From: Paramoeba atlantica
Taxonomy: Eukaryota > Protista > Discosea
Reading direction: 5' to 3'
Length of the DNA: 64,000 nt
Assembly (NCBI GenBank): GCA_977017575.1
Contig: CDRNVI010000007.1
Span: 62,001 to 126,000, forward strand
Shown here one piece after another: positions 12,001 to 21,478 of the stretch. Position 1 is the stretch's first letter. Every line of letters begins with the position of its first letter. The notes under the pieces were generated by a model. The model was given only the letters and a program-made list of their open reading frames with translations. It had not been told where the DNA came from and did no database searches. A program made the position numbers and the translations under genes.

Positions 12001-13907
12001 GGACACCTGACGCAGCATCAGGCAACACGTGTAATGTTGCTACGAGTAGCATGTATGTATTGTTTGTCAATGACGCGCTGAAAGGTGACGGTGCGTTAAA
12101 GTTTTGTACAGCCCTCATGTTGGATGTACTGTCAGACGACATTTCAGCCATGTTAGGTGGGAGTCTACCACTTTTTAAATCTGCGTGTGTACGTTGTGAG
12201 TCTCTGATAATGTATGCCGCTGTAGATTGCAAAAAATGGGTTTATCATCACTTGCTGTGCAGTATCATGATTCAACGACTACCTTGCTTAAAGTTGGACA
12301 TGTTGTGCTCGAACCTTTTCGAACGGCACCGACTTGAGCGCGATTGCGAGCACCGTAGTCCTTTTTTCCTGTTCTACGAAGGATTGGAATGCTCGGAAGC
12401 CACATTAGTGCTGCAATTAATAGGTTATGATGGTGGAGATAACTGGTTGCTAACAGATGGATGGTACTGCGCAATAGTTCATGTGGACGATGTATTAAAT
12501 AGGTACTGGAAGTCCTTGTACATCGCAGCGGACGAATCCTCGGTAAAAGCTTTCAAAAAGGGGGCTATCGTGACGAAGTTTATTGTCAGAGGCCTTGAAC
12601 GCAAAACGACATGCCACTTTTCACATCCGCTTGTCAGGGAAAATCAAAATTTAATTGAACTCAGTGTAAAGCACAATAATGTTTTACCCGCAATCTCGGG
12701 TGAACCACTCGGTTGGTACTCACACTGTTCTATAACTTCGTTTTCCTTACCCCTACGAACACTTGCAAGTGTAAATCGAGATGGAGGTCGAATTTCTTCA
12801 TTGCGCATTGCTGTGCTTCGCAGGTATCCTGTCTACTTTCGTATCTCTTCCGTGCTGTACGAGCCAAGAACGTCTGATAATCGCCCTAGTATAAAGATTA
12901 CAAACTCGTTGAACAGCTCCGCCATCCTGCGCATGCTCCAAAGTGCGGGAGGGGATATGACGAATATGAGGATACACGCCATACTTACATACTTGGTTCA
13001 AGATTGTGCGTGTTTCCTTAGCACTGATTTTGAGCAAAAGCAATGTACTAAACACACGACGGCTCAAAGTCGTGATAGTGTTATGAAGTTCTTCTGCAGT
13101 CAGGCATGTGCACTTTTATCTATTGAAGTTCCTCTGCATATTAATCCACGTAAGCCTTCAAATGACAAAGCCTCACAGTCTTCAGAGAAGTTCCTTTCTC
13201 AAGAAGTTTTATCACCCGCACCAACATCTCCACTCGGGGATATCGACAGTCTACATCGCACATGGGAGAATTTTGAATTTACCGAGGGAACTATTCTGCG
13301 AGCGCATAATCTTTTACCGAGCAGCAACCAGCGCGTTCACTTCCGACCGGAGCTTTCGTACGCTCAGTGTTCCGCATTAACAGGAAACCCACGTCGCTGT
13401 GCCCTTCGTGATGTCACGAGAGATTTCTCTGCATCATATGCCATGCAAAACTCTTTTTCAAAAGTCGATAAGGAATCCCCATTGGTTACAGTGCTCGAAG
13501 ATATCATACAGAGTAGTGCAATGGACGGAGGCTCCCCAATAAACTTAGATTGTGACCTTGATTCAGGAAATGAGATTGATTTCAGGAATCTTGCATACAC
13601 AAGTGGGAGTGCTGAGTCGCGCTATGCACATTTTAAAGTGGATATTTCTGAATCTCGTTATACGCCGAATCAGGAGTCAGGTTCCCCAGCTCGTACTCTA
13701 GTGGTTGAATTATCATGGGACGACGATACGGTTGTGTCGTCCCGATTTTTCTCACGCTCATTGCGATTCGTGCAAGGCTTGGTAGCAGGGAAGCACTACC
13801 ACCTCAAGAATGTGGTGTACGTTTCCCGAAGAGTCGCCCCGGCGTCGCACGCGGTCGTTTATACTGTCCGTGCCAATGAGCTTACGGAACTACTTAAGTG
13901 CTGGTAA
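9066..13907 (+). CDS. BRCA2: BRCA2 homologue with N-terminal RanBP2-type zinc finger, 15 BRC repeats and OB-fold DNA-binding domain
   Basis: BRC motif FQTASGRPLPVSEESMKKAQSHF x15. OB1 motifs LLTDGWY, LSVKHNNVLPA..PLGW, LASVNRDGGRI..LRRYP. N-terminal WSCPRCTYLN...CSIC. Confidence 0.95.
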   Translation: MKSTTTNKRRLKKWSCPRCTYLNTTKHFCSICRFRRHTKADSPKQRQCSLTKPNRNAAPASRRNETSADTSEPTDTKQLTLKKRKSKRHSKQTDPKYKIKQRKSIELATNLHRTHATHSPQAVTSSTAASGNTCNVATSKAEVSGNDALMFQTASGRPLPVSEESMKKAQSHFDLPVPTSWTPDAASGNTCNVATSKAEVSGNDALMFQTASGRPLPVSEENMKKAQSHFDLPVPTSWTPDAASGNTCNVATSKAEVSGNDALMFQTASGRPLPVSEENMKKAQSHFDLPVPTSWTPDAASGNTCNVATSKAEVSGNDALMFQTASGRPLPVSEESMKKAQSHFDLPVPTSWTPDAASGNTCNVATSTAEVSGNDALMFQTASGRPLPVSEESMKKAQSHFDLPVPTSWTPDAASGNTCNVATSKAEVSGNDALMFQTASGRPLPVSEESMKKAQSHFDLPVPTSWTPDAASGNTCNVATSKAEVSGNDALMFQTASGRPLPVSEESMKKAQSHFDLPVPTSWTPDAASGNTCNVATSTAEVSGNDALMFQTASGRPLPVSEESMKKAQSHFDLPVPTSWTPDAASGNTCNVATSTEEVSGNDALMFQTASGRPLPVSEENMKKAQSHFDLPVPMSWTPDAASGNTCNVATSKAEVSGNDALMFQTASGRPLPVSEESMKKAQSHFDLPVPTSWTPDAASGNTCNVATSTAEVSGNDALMFQTASGRPLPVSEESMKKAQSHFDLPVPTSWTPDAASGNTCNVATSTAEVSGNDALMFQTASGRPLPVSEESMKKAQSHFDLPVPTSWTPDAASGNTCNVATSKAEVSGNDALMFQTASGRPLPVSEESMKKAQSHFDLPVPTSWTPDAASGNTCNVATSTAEVSGNDALMFQTASGRPLPVSEESMKKAQSHFDLPVPTSWTPDAASGNTCNVATSTAEVSGNDALMFQTASGRPLPVSEESMKKAQSHFDLPVPTSWTPDAASGNTCNVATSSMYVLFVNDALKGDGALKFCTALMLDVLSDDISAMLGGSLPLFKSACVRCESLIMYAAVDCKKWVYHHLLCSIMIQRLPCLKLDMLCSNLFERHRLERDCEHRSPFFLFYEGLECSEATLVLQLIGYDGGDNWLLTDGWYCAIVHVDDVLNRYWKSLYIAADESSVKAFKKGAIVTKFIVRGLERKTTCHFSHPLVRENQNLIELSVKHNNVLPAISGEPLGWYSHCSITSFSLPLRTLASVNRDGGRISSLRIAVLRRYPVYFRISSVLYEPRTSDNRPSIKITNSLNSSAILRMLQSAGGDMTNMRIHAILTYLVQDCACFLSTDFEQKQCTKHTTAQSRDSVMKFFCSQACALLSIEVPLHINPRKPSNDKASQSSEKFLSQEVLSPAPTSPLGDIDSLHRTWENFEFTEGTILRAHNLLPSSNQRVHFRPELSYAQCSALTGNPRRCALRDVTRDFSASYAMQNSFSKVDKESPLVTVLEDIIQSSAMDGGSPINLDCDLDSGNEIDFRNLAYTSGSAESRYAHFKVDISESRYTPNQESGSPARTLVVELSWDDDTVVSSRFFSRSLRFVQGLVAGKHYHLKNVVYVSRRVAPASHAVVYTVRANELTELLKCW
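9447..12046 (+). repeat. 171-bp (57-aa) coding tandem array: 15 full units plus a partial unit
   Basis: Unit starts at 9447, 9618, ... 12012; (12012-9447)/171 = 15. Only a few polymorphic sites (K/T, S/N, synonymous caa-tcg vs cag-tca, ccc vs ccg). Confidence 0.97.
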
Positions 13908-14201
13908 GAAGATAATCTATAGGTTCACCTAGATTTTTTCACCTTGTTGACTTTATCCAACAGTTTGTACATTGCAGGCGCGATCCGCTAGCTGTCATCC
14001 GTTTCTGCCGTTATTCAAAAAAACTTTCTCTGTTAGAATAACATAAAACGTTAATTTTGTAGTTAAGTACATGTACTCGAAAAATCGAGGAAACACACCT
14101 TGATGTAGATCCTTACCATACATCACACAACCCCATCCCACCCTTTTCATCCTCTTTTCCTAGCCCTTTTTCTTTAAAACTTTATCAACGCACCACGCCC
14201 C

Positions 14202-14780
14202 ATGGGTCGTGACACCAAAGGTCTCCCCAAACCCCGCACCGTCCGCCAGTCCCCCAAAAGCGCGAACCCCCAGCTCCTGCTCCTGGTCCGGCTCTACCGC
14301 TTCCTCGCCCGCCGCACCGCCTCGAGGTTCAACGAGAAGGTCCTGCACCGCCTCATGCTCTCCCGCACCCACCGCGCCTCCCTCTCCCTCTCCCGGGTCG
14401 TCAAGCTCGCGGGGAAGACCACCGGGGACCGCATCGTGGTCGTCCCCACCGCGGTGCTCGACGACGTGCGGCTCGTGGCGCTCCCGCGGCTGCGGATCTG
14501 CGCGCTGCGGTTCTCGAAGATGGCCGCGCGGCGGGTTGCGGCGGCCGGGGGGGAGTGCCTGACGTTTGACCAACTCGCGGGGGAGTCCCCGACGGGGCGT
14601 GACACCGTGCTGCTGCGGGGGCGTAAGTCCCGGCGGGAGGTGGTGAAACGGTACGGGGCGCCCGGGACCCCGGGGTCGCATACGAAGCCGAAGTGTGCGA
14701 CGCGGGGGAATGAGCGGGCGCGGGGGAAGAGGGCGAGCCGGGGGTGGAAGGTGAAGTCGTTTAAGTACGCACAGAAGTAA
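14202..14780 (+). CDS. RPL18: 60S ribosomal protein eL18
   Basis: PKSANPQLLLLVRLYRFLARRT..FN..VL.RL, AGGECLTFDQLA..SPTG, HTKPK...ERARGKRASRG. Confidence 0.97.
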   Translation: MGRDTKGLPKPRTVRQSPKSANPQLLLLVRLYRFLARRTASRFNEKVLHRLMLSRTHRASLSLSRVVKLAGKTTGDRIVVVPTAVLDDVRLVALPRLRICALRFSKMAARRVAAAGGECLTFDQLAGESPTGRDTVLLRGRKSRREVVKRYGAPGTPGSHTKPKCATRGNERARGKRASRGWKVKSFKYAQK

Positions 14781-15004
14781 GGGGGGGGGTGAGAAAGAAG
14801 GAAGGAAAGAGAGAAAGGAAGAAAGACGTGAAACTTATAAAAAACGGTTAAGAAATTTGGATTTGTAAGCCTTTAAAATATTTTACCTTGTAGAGTGCAT
14901 TGCGGTTGAGTTGTTGATTCGTACATTAACTAATTTCTTTTCAGTAGAGAATTTTTGGAAGCAAGCCAATTTTGTTTTTAATTTCCTAGCACCCTAGAAC
15001 ATCC

Positions 15005-16420
15005 ATGAAATCACGGAGCGGGGACTTTGCTTCCTCCGACTATCACCGCTTCGAGGACAAGCCCCTAAAGAGGTCCCCGATCTCACCCCACATAAACCAC
15101 ATGGGGGAGGAGCGGTTTAGCTCAGCGGGTGGATACCGCGACATTTGGGCTGCTGTACTTTGGATATTAACCACCCTGTTGGTGATTGGGTACGGATCTT
15201 ACCGTCTTCACGAGTATCTACACCACCCCGAAACCTTTGAGATGACTCCCCCGGATCACACACTGCACCCTGAGGCCGATGACACGCACGCATGGCATTG
15301 GCCCTCGACGACACGAGCTCTGGGAGTAGGTTCCACCGCTACCCTTGTCTCGGTTTCGATCTCTATTCCTTTGCTATGGCTTATTCGCTCCCATGCTGAG
15401 GGATTAATCCTCTACGGAAATGTGTTTTACATCTCACTACTCGGGGTTGCCGCACTGCTGTCCTTCTTTACTGGCCAAATGGTCAGTGGTATTGTCACAG
15501 GAATACTCTGTTTGATAGCTGGGGTGTGGCTGTACTACGTGCGGCATCGTATTCCCTTCGCCGCGTGTTGTCTCACAGCGAGTGCCAATGTGGTGAATCA
15601 ATACAAGGCAACTGTGGCTAACGCTGCGGCGTTCTCACTTCTTTTCTTTGCCTATGTCGTCATCTGGGGCACGGGGGTATGGAGGTACTCAAGTTCGGGA
15701 GTGGAGGAGAGGGTATTATGGCCGTGGTTGTTACAATTGTTCTGGACCTCTCAAGTTCTAAGTGCTATCACGCATGTAACCACGTGTGGAGTCGTCGCGA
15801 TGTGGTACTACGCGGGAGAAAATGAAATGCCACGAAACCCTACGCTTGGGGCCCTGCGACGTGCCACGACTTATAGTCTGGGCTCCCTGTGCTTTGGGTC
15901 GCTGATTGTTGCTATTTTAAAAACCATCCGAGCACTCGCGCGGGAGGGAATGCGAAATGAGAACCACTTTGTACGCGGCATTGTAATGTGTCTGCTGAAT
16001 TGCATTGAATCCTTAGTGGAATATTTCAATGAGTACGCGTATGTCTACGTTGCAGTCTACGGCACGAGTTATGTTCCCTCCGCCAAGGCGGTGTGGCAGT
16101 TAATTAAAACAAACGGTATTCTCGCTGTCATTAACGACAGTCTGTTGGGGGCGGCCTATATCCTGATGGTACTCGGGGGCTCTGTCCTCTCGGGGCTGTC
16201 CGGGTTACTCTGGGGGCTCTCTCCGGTACATTTTCTACTCGGACTTCTTATCGGTGTCGTCACACTTAGCATGATTCTTGGCGTAGTCCAGAGTGGGGTA
16301 ATGACGATCTTTGTGTGTTTCGCGGAAGATCCAGAGAAGCTGTGCCGATCGAACGCCTCCTTGTATGACACATTACGTGAGAAGACCTCAGGCGTGGCTG
16401 TCCCAACTGCTGTAGTTTAG
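15005..16420 (+). CDS. Choline transporter-like (CTL/SLC44/Pns1) membrane protein
   Basis: Multiple TM helices; YRDIWAA, RIPFAA, SLGSLCFGSLIVA, YFNEYAYVYVAVYG.SY..SAK. Confidence 0.9.
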   Translation: MKSRSGDFASSDYHRFEDKPLKRSPISPHINHMGEERFSSAGGYRDIWAAVLWILTTLLVIGYGSYRLHEYLHHPETFEMTPPDHTLHPEADDTHAWHWPSTTRALGVGSTATLVSVSISIPLLWLIRSHAEGLILYGNVFYISLLGVAALLSFFTGQMVSGIVTGILCLIAGVWLYYVRHRIPFAACCLTASANVVNQYKATVANAAAFSLLFFAYVVIWGTGVWRYSSSGVEERVLWPWLLQLFWTSQVLSAITHVTTCGVVAMWYYAGENEMPRNPTLGALRRATTYSLGSLCFGSLIVAILKTIRALAREGMRNENHFVRGIVMCLLNCIESLVEYFNEYAYVYVAVYGTSYVPSAKAVWQLIKTNGILAVINDSLLGAAYILMVLGGSVLSGLSGLLWGLSPVHFLLGLLIGVVTLSMILGVVQSGVMTIFVCFAEDPEKLCRSNASLYDTLREKTSGVAVPTAVV

Positions 16421-16613
16421 ACCGCCCTGTAGCGTGTATATTATTAGTAGAGTAGTTCACAGAGTTGCTAGATTTTTACTTTATGAGTAGCGAAAAGAAT
16501 GTATAAAGTTATGCGTTATGCATGTGAAGAGTAATTAAGCAGTATTTGATGCAACTGAAACTTTGAAAAAATACGTGAATTCTTAAATTAAACCTTTTAA
16601 TCGAAACCACCTC

Positions 16614-19600
16614 ATGTTAGCCGTTCTGCGTTCTAAAATTAAGGAACTGGTGAAAAAACCAGCCACTACTACAGTTCCCAAAAGTGATTTTGGTGCGAAG
16701 GCCATATCTTCATCCACACCTTCAGAATTCATTAGAAATTCATCTGGCGTTCCACCCCAGTCTTCAAATACTACTGAGCTGAATGCTAGGAATCATATGT
16801 CGAATTTTGAATCATCGATTTCGTCCCCGACCTCGGTTGGTAATGGTGATATGCCTGCAAGGGATAACTCCGCCTTTCCTTTCTCGTCGGAAAAGGTCGG
16901 TTCTCGTCGGAAAGGCAGAGCTCCTGCAGTGCCTCTTCTAAAACCAGTGGAAAAACTATCTTCTGAAGAGTCGAGCGAGGTCTCTATTGCGACCCTGCAG
17001 GGGGGACGGCACATTGCTCGCAGTCACTACAAATGGAGAGAAACTCTATCCTCAACACGAGTCAGACAGATTATTTTGGGGTACCGAACTGCAAAGCTAA
17101 CTCCCGCGCTATTGAAAACATATTGCGCGGCACATAATTTGGAATATTCTAACTCCGTAGAAGAGCTCACGGAATGGGTCCAACATCACGTTAAAAATGT
17201 ATCACCTCGTTATGTTGTTTTTGCTTTGGGCTGGGATATTCAATCCTCCACGCAGACTCCAGCTTCGACGGCTCCTCTAAATGGGCTGATAAAGGCTTCT
17301 TCACCTCAAAAATTTGCTCTGTTTCACGTGCAAAGTCAGGAGCATCGCGTTTTCAAGCCCAGTAACAAGAAGGATGTAGAAGACGTTCGAAGTTGGATCC
17401 AGAAAAAATGTGTTAGCATCGGTCCTATGGCGTGCGCAGCCCTTCTACCCATGTATTCTGATCCACATGTCGAAGACATCTGCAAGTTATTCAAATGCCA
17501 TCTTCTACAAGATTCAATGGCATTGTGTTCTTCTGCTTTCTTCGAGCACGTTGGTCGAATTAAGGGATTACGCATGCCAAGAACGCTTAAAGATGCATAT
17601 TTCATGATATGCAGCTCATCATTTCAATGCAAGGAGTCACAACCTGAAATAAGTAACGCCATTCTTGCTTGGGAGACTTGTAAAGTGACCTTGCGTCATT
17701 TGGGTGGTAAATCTTCTCCAGAAGAGCAAATGCTCTCTTCTCTGCGAGGAATTTTCGATATTAATTTCGTTTCCTACAAGGTAGGAGCTGATAAGTCAGG
17801 AAAGACAGTATTCAAATACCACATGTTCAGCATTTGCACGCATGCTTCGCTGAAAATCGAGGCTTCTTCACTTAGCGAAATTGTACAACAGCTCAGCACC
17901 CACTTTGACACAGCTTTTCGACTTCACGTGCTACTAATACCGTGCCAGGGGACCAAACTCTCCGATTTAGAGCAATTGGCTCATTCTAATCGAAACAAAA
18001 TAATTCGACTTCACGCGCTTTCACACTCAAGCTTGATGCAGTCTCAAGTTTCATTGGAAGAAGAACCGAAATTAGCGTGGAAAGGAGTTGCTACGATGTT
18101 CGGCGGTGAACCTCCGGCGCTTTCTACTTTTTTAAACCTTGCTCTCAGGCACTTACAATCCGTAACAATGCGTATGGATTCCACCCATGAATCACAAGAC
18201 CAATATTCGCCTTCTTCAACGTCGACACCCGGCAAATTCGTTGAGGTTCCGGAACCACCGAATCCAAAAACTTTTACAGTCCTCAGTAAAGGCTTTGTTG
18301 ACATTTCTACGAAACTAGAGCTCACTAAGTACTACAAAACATTTGACACCTCTGACCGCCAGGTACGTGAAGCGTGTGTGAGTCTCCGCCATGCGAATTA
18401 TCTTGTACTCGATTTGGAAACAACCACGAAAAAATTCCACAAGCGCATTGCGAGTCCTTTTTGTGACCAGAATCGTGTGGTTCTCCCAGGGTACCTCGAC
18501 TTCAACGGAAATCTCACAATTCCAGAAGAGAAATTGCAGCATCGTGAGGATATGAAACTCCCGCCATTAGACGAGTACGACGTGATTGTGGGACACAACC
18601 TGAAATTTGATCTTCTGTGGTTATGGAAAGACCCAGAGCTGCGTCGATTTCTGCGTCGCGGAGGACGTGTGTGGGATACAATGTATGCGGAGTATCTGCT
18701 TAGCGGCCAGAGGGTTCGTGTAGGAACGGGTGCAGGCCTTAACGAAGTCGCCGTACGCTACGGGGGAACACGAAAGCTAGATGCAATCAAAGCCATGTGG
18801 GACCGCGGAGTGGACACTGCCGACATTGACACCAATTTGCTTCGTGAATACCTTGAGGGGGATCTTCGTAATACGGAGCGCATATTCCGAAGGCAGCTAG
18901 AGATCGCTGTGGCGAACAAACAAGCGTTGGTTATTGAAGCCCGGATGGATATTGTGCCATGCACAACCGAGATGGAGTTCAACGGTTTGAAGATGGATAG
19001 ATTAGAGGGTAAACGACAATACGACGCTCTGCGGCTCGTAATTGCTCAACAAAAAGCCGGGTTAAAGAAATTGATACCCCCAGAAGTGCCTCTGCTCTTT
19101 CACCAGCATTTTAACTGGGCGTCAAATCAAGTACTTTCCGCCTTGTACTACGGTGGAAAAGCCAAAGTTGCGGAACCTAGCATGCTTGGAACGCCTTTGA
19201 ATGTAACTGCAGCTGTAGAACTCTGCGTTCTGGCGAACAAATTTAGTGGGGCTGCGGCAAAGAAATACAGTATCCCTTATTTGAAATCTCAAGGTTTGCG
19301 TGCGAGCGGTACAAAGGATAATGTTCAAGAGCGCTTGAAAGCATTTGTGTCCAAGAAGGCGACTTACAATTTTAGAGTAATATTATGTGGTGGCTTTGCT
19401 GAAAATAAGCCATGGCTATATGAGCCTTTAAAACCCACGTCACGCAACTCGGAAACGCACTACACTGAAGAGCATTACTCTGTACCAAACACGGAAGGAA
19501 AGGATACTGGAGAGATTAACTTAGAATCACTCTGCCAGGGTGGGGATGGAGAAAGGGTGCTCTTCATTTCTTTTGATGAAGCCGAACTTGAGATTTTATC

Positions 19601-21104
19601 CTACTTCGAACGTCACAATATTTTTCACGATGATCGGAAAAGTTTCTTTTGTCGGGCAGTAGAGTTGTATAAAGGAGGCCCTTATCAAAAACCTATTGGT
19701 TGCACTGATTTTTGGACACTTCTTAAAAAAGTAGTTTTCACAAACATAAATTCTGAGGGCAACGACGTTGCTCAACGAGAAGTTCTTCAGAATCTACTTT
19801 ACTGTATAGGTTCTTCTGTGGGAACAAGCTACGACTGCTTTGCTCATGAAGTTGATAAAGACGTTGACACTGTAGTCTCCTTTCCAGGAAAACTGGAACA
19901 ATATTTTTCCGATAGGAACGAGAGAGCAAAGTTTCTTGAGAAAGCGAAGACAGAAAAGGGAAATCAAAGCGTAAACATTGAAGTCATGGAGGTATTTGCT
20001 GCCAAAGGTGAGGCAATTGCAAAATTGCTTCTTGAACTTCGAGGAAACACTAAACTTCTAAGTACTTACTATGAAATGGATGGAACAGGGATGATGAGCC
20101 TGTTGAATGATCGTGATGACTGCATTCATCATGAACTTTCACTCTGCCATACGACGACAAGCAGAATGGCGTCAGCAAACCCAAATATGCAAAATGTTCC
20201 AAAGACGACCGAGCTGCGGAACCTTTTTGTTTCACGGTTTGGCGAAGAAGGTTCCATGTTGGAAGCAGACTATTCTCAATTAGAAGTTGTCGTGATGTGT
20301 GCTCTCTCGAAGGATCCCCAAATGACTCAAGATCTTCTTAACAAAGTCGACTTTCATTGCAAACGTGTCACTATGATGAAACCAGGCCTTTCATACGAAG
20401 AAGTTCTGCAGAAAGCAAAAAAAGAAAAAATTCCCGAATTTGTGGAGCTACGACAAAGAGCCAAAATATTTTCTTTTCAGCGACAGTACGGGGCAGGAGT
20501 TACCAAGCTTTCCGAATCTACTGGTCTTTCGTTCGATGAAGTTAAAAGTTTGATTCAAAACGAGGAATCCACGTATTATAAAGTCAAACGATTCTACGAC
20601 CTTGTGGCACACGCAGTCAACTCATGGAATCCTTCTCTTCAGGATGGAAGTCGCACTGAAACCGGAAACTGTGCATACAAAGGAGAATTTCGTGTACTTA
20701 CAGGAACGCGTTTTACTTTTGGTGAAATTGAGCGAGCAGCGTTTGCGAATTCCCGCTTTTCAGACACAAATTTGATGAGCTTTCTCTCTACACAACTGAA
20801 AAATTATCCAGTGCAAGGATTTGCAGGAGAAATTGTTCAAGTTATGATGGGAAGGCTCTGGAGACATTTTCTCGAAACAGAAAATTACAATAACATGGCC
20901 TTCTTAACAAACACTGTACATGATTGCGTATGGGTAGACTGTCACAAGAGCGTCGTTCATGAAGTAGCAGGTAACGTGAGTCGCATACTGAATAATGTTC
21001 GTGAGGTTTTTAACGAGAAGTGGCCTGAATTAGAGCTTGAAGTTTCTTTTGGCACAGAGACGGTCGTTGGAAAAACAATGGCCAACATGAAGGCATTGGA
21101 ATAG
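16614..21104 (+). CDS. Mitochondrial (kDNA) family-A DNA polymerase, PolIBCD-like, with intact 3'-5' exonuclease
   Basis: ExoI VLDLETT, ExoII GHNLKFD, ExoIII YLEGD; pol motif A MLEADYSQLE, B RQRAKIFSFQRQYG, C TVHDC. N-terminus MLAVLRSK is presequence-like. Confidence 0.93.
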   Translation: MLAVLRSKIKELVKKPATTTVPKSDFGAKAISSSTPSEFIRNSSGVPPQSSNTTELNARNHMSNFESSISSPTSVGNGDMPARDNSAFPFSSEKVGSRRKGRAPAVPLLKPVEKLSSEESSEVSIATLQGGRHIARSHYKWRETLSSTRVRQIILGYRTAKLTPALLKTYCAAHNLEYSNSVEELTEWVQHHVKNVSPRYVVFALGWDIQSSTQTPASTAPLNGLIKASSPQKFALFHVQSQEHRVFKPSNKKDVEDVRSWIQKKCVSIGPMACAALLPMYSDPHVEDICKLFKCHLLQDSMALCSSAFFEHVGRIKGLRMPRTLKDAYFMICSSSFQCKESQPEISNAILAWETCKVTLRHLGGKSSPEEQMLSSLRGIFDINFVSYKVGADKSGKTVFKYHMFSICTHASLKIEASSLSEIVQQLSTHFDTAFRLHVLLIPCQGTKLSDLEQLAHSNRNKIIRLHALSHSSLMQSQVSLEEEPKLAWKGVATMFGGEPPALSTFLNLALRHLQSVTMRMDSTHESQDQYSPSSTSTPGKFVEVPEPPNPKTFTVLSKGFVDISTKLELTKYYKTFDTSDRQVREACVSLRHANYLVLDLETTTKKFHKRIASPFCDQNRVVLPGYLDFNGNLTIPEEKLQHREDMKLPPLDEYDVIVGHNLKFDLLWLWKDPELRRFLRRGGRVWDTMYAEYLLSGQRVRVGTGAGLNEVAVRYGGTRKLDAIKAMWDRGVDTADIDTNLLREYLEGDLRNTERIFRRQLEIAVANKQALVIEARMDIVPCTTEMEFNGLKMDRLEGKRQYDALRLVIAQQKAGLKKLIPPEVPLLFHQHFNWASNQVLSALYYGGKAKVAEPSMLGTPLNVTAAVELCVLANKFSGAAAKKYSIPYLKSQGLRASGTKDNVQERLKAFVSKKATYNFRVILCGGFAENKPWLYEPLKPTSRNSETHYTEEHYSVPNTEGKDTGEINLESLCQGGDGERVLFISFDEAELEILSYFERHNIFHDDRKSFFCRAVELYKGGPYQKPIGCTDFWTLLKKVVFTNINSEGNDVAQREVLQNLLYCIGSSVGTSYDCFAHEVDKDVDTVVSFPGKLEQYFSDRNERAKFLEKAKTEKGNQSVNIEVMEVFAAKGEAIAKLLLELRGNTKLLSTYYEMDGTGMMSLLNDRDDCIHHELSLCHTTTSRMASANPNMQNVPKTTELRNLFVSRFGEEGSMLEADYSQLEVVVMCALSKDPQMTQDLLNKVDFHCKRVTMMKPGLSYEEVLQKAKKEKIPEFVELRQRAKIFSFQRQYGAGVTKLSESTGLSFDEVKSLIQNEESTYYKVKRFYDLVAHAVNSWNPSLQDGSRTETGNCAYKGEFRVLTGTRFTFGEIERAAFANSRFSDTNLMSFLSTQLKNYPVQGFAGEIVQVMMGRLWRHFLETENYNNMAFLTNTVHDCVWVDCHKSVVHEVAGNVSRILNNVREVFNEKWPELELEVSFGTETVVGKTMANMKALE
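18450..18961 (+). repeat. 512-bp near-identical segment shared with 22691-23202
   Basis: Base-by-base comparison shows only 2 mismatches (atctc/atttc; cttctg/cttgtg). Confidence 0.95.
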
Positions 21105-21478
21105 TCCACCGTATATCTGTATATCGATGAGCACAAAAATAGGTTGGATATAAACTATTTTTTTTTGTAAACTATATCAAAATAAGTGCCTTTTAATAAC
21201 CCATATTTTGCCCCCTCATTTAATTTCGAATTGTATCCATATGCATAGAGTAAGCTTTGAGAGACTGGATGTAGAATGCTTCATCGAACAAATTTTCGGA
21301 CGTTTCGTAAGGGGCGTCATAAGATAAGCCTGGGATAGTAAATGTATACAATGTACGATAAGTAGGGTCCTGTACGTAAAAGGAAACAAATGAGAAACTT
21401 ACTGGAAAAAAAAAATTATTTCTTCGAAAAATATTGAATAAAACTTCTATTGAGGTGTCATGCGATGTAACAAGACAA

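Noticed and set aside
9447-12046. 171-bp array as CRISPR or satellite DNA
   Set aside because: It is the in-frame BRC repeat region of BRCA2.
13955-13980. aacagtttgtacattg as another SL relic
   Set aside because: It lacks two core bases and the CTTGTTG end; compatible with chance.
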